Shown piece after piece: positions 60,295 to 64,000 of a stretch of 64,000 nucleotides of DNA. A program made the position numbers and the translations under genes. Every line of letters begins with the position of its first letter. Position 1 is the stretch's first letter. The DNA comes from the human T2T-CHM13v2.0 reference genome, Homo sapiens. Below the pieces are notes generated by a model that had not been told where the DNA came from, ran no database searches, and was given only the letters and a program-made list of their open reading frames with translations. Location: the NCBI RefSeq assembly GCF_009914755.1, contig NC_060925.1. One strand, 5' to 3'.

Positions 60295-60367
60295 CACTAA
60301 ACTCTTAAATACTAAACTAAACTCTTACAGTAAACTAAACTCTTATAAGCGTATACTAAAGTCTTAC
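60295..60367 (+). repeat. Degenerate tandem repeat, four copies of core ACTAAACTCTTA
   Basis: Read directly, intron 4. Confidence 0.8.
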
Positions 60368-60636
60368 TTGCTTATATATATTGATCCATCTGACCAGACA
60401 GTGAACTCTGTAATTAATAGTTTTACTCATCTTCATATCCTTGGTACACAGCAAAGAAAATTAGCGCAAAGCAAATACAATAGTTGGCCGAATCAATAAA
60501 TTCTATTGCAGTCATACAAGTAATTTAAAAAAATGTTTTCTTGTACTGATGGAGTCTTACTATGTTATGCAAGCTGGTCTTAAACTCCTAGGTTCAAGTG
60601 ATCCTCCCACTCCAGCCTCCCAACGTGCTGGGATTA

Positions 60637-60831
<195 letters not shown>

Positions 60832-61125
60832 TTAAAAAAACCTCCTGCCATAAAATGCTGTCTAAATTATAACACACATTTTTAAAAATGTACAGAAAGA
60901 TCATTGTCAGGAAATCCCAGGGTCAAAGGCAGGGGATACGGAGGGCCACTTGGAAACTAGAATGGCAATAAACAGACACTGAAACTATAGTTGTTCTCCA
61001 GGCATTTTGTTAACTTTATGAACCTCAGCAGGTAGGTCTCCTGTTTTTGTAAGTAAATTTTGATTGAAACAGTCACATCTGTTTCTTTACATACTGTGTA
61101 TGGGCTTCAGATATAATCAGCATTA

Positions 61126-61432
61126 CAGTAGTGCCCCCTTATCTCTGGGAGACATGTTCCAGACCCCCAGTGGATGTCTGAAACCACAGATAGTAACAAA
61201 TCCTATATATACTATGTTTCTTCCTATACATACGTATCTATGATAAAGTTTAATTTATAAATTAGGCACAGTAAATGATTAACAACAATAATTAATAGTA
61301 GCATAATTTTAACAGTATACTGTAAAAAAGTTGTGTGAATATGGTCTGTCTCTCAAAATACCTTATTGTATTATACTGTGGGTAACTGAAACCATGGAAA
61401 GTGAAACCATGCATAAAGGGGGGAAACTACTG
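61126..61432. mobile_element. Tigger-family MITE (MER44-like DNA transposon)
   Basis: Imperfect terminal inverted repeats CAGTAGT.CCCCC.TTAT / ATAAAGGGGGG..ACTACTG flanked by TA dinucleotide TSDs. Confidence 0.8.
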
Positions 61433-61668
61433 TATTGAATACAAAATATAGTATGATTTAAATGCTTTAAAAAATGTAAAAGGAAAACCAAAATATAAGC
61501 CAGGAATAAGACACTACGAAAAAAGACCAGGCAAATTTGAATAAAAAAGCCATACAGAACTTAAAGAAATAAAAAATATAATTTGCAAAAATTCAATAAG
61601 TTATATAATTAACTGGGGATAGGTACACAAATGTGTATTGTTATTCTATTAACTATGCATATATACTA

Positions 61669-62035
<367 letters not shown>

Positions 62036-63283
62036 TTAGATGGCAGCTAAGCACAGCTAAAGAGAAAATAAGCAGACTTGAAAAACAAAGGAAACTACTC
62101 AAAATGTACAGAAAGACAACAATAAAAAAAATAAAAACAGGACTAACCATTATTTAGTTGAACTTCCATAAGACTCTCCCTATTTTTGTCAATGGTACCA
62201 CCCTTCTCTGCCAACTAGTGTTGAACCCGAATACTTTCTTTCTTGTATCTTTCCTTCAGTTCCTCTATTCAGTCAATCATCAAATACTACAAATTATTTA
62301 TTCAAAACACCTTGTTTCATTCTTTCCTCTTGATCTGAATACTGCTACATTGCTCTAAGTCCTTATAATGTATAATAGATGCCATTTATGAAATACTTTC
62401 TATTCCAGGCACTGTGACAATTGCTTTACAGAGTCTTATTTAACCCCTACAAGAGAACTGTGAAACTGGTATTATTATAGTCATTTTATAAATAAGGAAA
62501 CTGATCCTTGGCTACTTTACTGAGGTTGCATAAATAAGTACTAGAATCAGGATTTGATTCCCTAGGCAGTCTGCTCCAATTATTGCACCGTTTTTTTTTC
62601 CTTATTTTGTTTTTTTTTTTACTTTTTATTTTAATTTTTTATTGAGACAAGGTCTCACTTTGTTGCCCAGGCTGGTTTCAAACTCCTGACTTCAAGCAAT
62701 CCTCCTGCCTCAACCTCCCAAAGTGCTGGGGTTACAGGTGTGAGCCACTGCACCCAGCCCAGTTATAGCACCTTAAACCATTACAATATACACCTGTGTG
62801 ATTACAGAAAAGCATCTTGAAGCTAGGCTGACTCAAGGCTCTCCCCGCCATAATCTATCCTTCTTAGAATACTACTTTTAACAAGTAACTCTTATGTACA
62901 AAACCTCAATAGATCTATTTTCTATTACTTTACACCTAAACTTTCTTGTCTGTCAAGGTCCTAGATGTAACTACAAGATTTTATATTCCTTCTAATCTGA
63001 TCCACTCAAAAATTGGTTCAAGCTTCTCAACGTTCCACAAAGACACCATGCTGACATAATAAAAAACACTTTCAGTTTTTACTATATTTCACCTCTTTTG
63101 AATTCCTACAATATGCAGAATTTGCAGAAAACTGGGAAGATAAGATTATCTCTCAAAAGTACAAGGAACAGATGTTAAGAAGCAGAAGGAAAATTTTGCC
63201 TGAGGGGAGATTCTAAAAGAAAAGTAAAGAAAAATGAATAATTGGTCATAGTAATCAACTTTGCCTTATACATCTTTGTATTA

Positions 63284-63511
<228 letters not shown>

Positions 63512-63551
63512 CTATCTTTAAGGTGATGGTATTTTCAGACTACTTTTGTAA

Positions 63552-63698
<147 letters not shown>

Positions 63699-64000
63699 TG
63701 AGATTACAGGAGTGCACCACCACACCCGGCTACTTTTTGTATTTTTAGTAGAGACGGGGTTTCGCCATGTGGGCAAGCTGGTCTCGAACTCCTGACCTCA
63801 AGTCATCCACCTGCCTCGGCCTCCCAAAGTGCTAGGATTACAGGCATTAGCCACTGTGCCTGGCCAAAAAATACTTTTTTATTTTTTGAGACGGATTCTC
63901 ACTCTGTCGCCCAGGCTGGAGTACTGTGGTGCAATCTCAGCTTACTGCAACCTCCGCCTTCCAGGTTGAAGCGATTCTCCAGCCTTAGCCTCCCAAGTAG

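Overview
Human (Alu-rich primate) genomic DNA, recognisable as the STIL (SCL/TAL1-interrupting locus) gene on the minus strand, with about 8.5 kb of intergenic DNA on the TAL1 side (1-~8550). I rebuilt 15 coding exons (conventional exons 3-17) from splice signals. All phases are compatible and they total 3823 nt. Adding the 44 coding nt of exon 2 (outside the window; inferred from the recalled N-terminus) gives 3867 nt, i.e. 1288 aa + stop, the known STIL length. Nearly all other ORFs in the track are Alu, L1 or L2 artefacts; about 80 Alu copies or fragments are visible by eye. Most notable observations: (1) a ~770-bp, ~99%-identical inverted duplication brackets only exons 11+12. It is a candidate driver of a 1084-nt circRNA (with a 365-aa circular ORF), of NMD-coupled exon skipping, and of a hidden inversion allele. 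(2) A third Alu shares the same private deletion and could compete for pairing. (3) A perfect 28-nt antisense copy of last-exon coding sequence is templated into an intron-16 Alu. (4) A CTCF-like motif lies inside coding exon 15. (5) There is an in-frame 141-nt exitron in exon 6, three in-frame acceptors in exon 15, and a GC-AG intron with a competing frameshifting GT donor. (6) A perfect 25-bp hairpin sits in intron 8, and a 21-nt TPRT micro-insertion in intron 12. Repeat subfamily names and literature links are from memory and need database confirmation.
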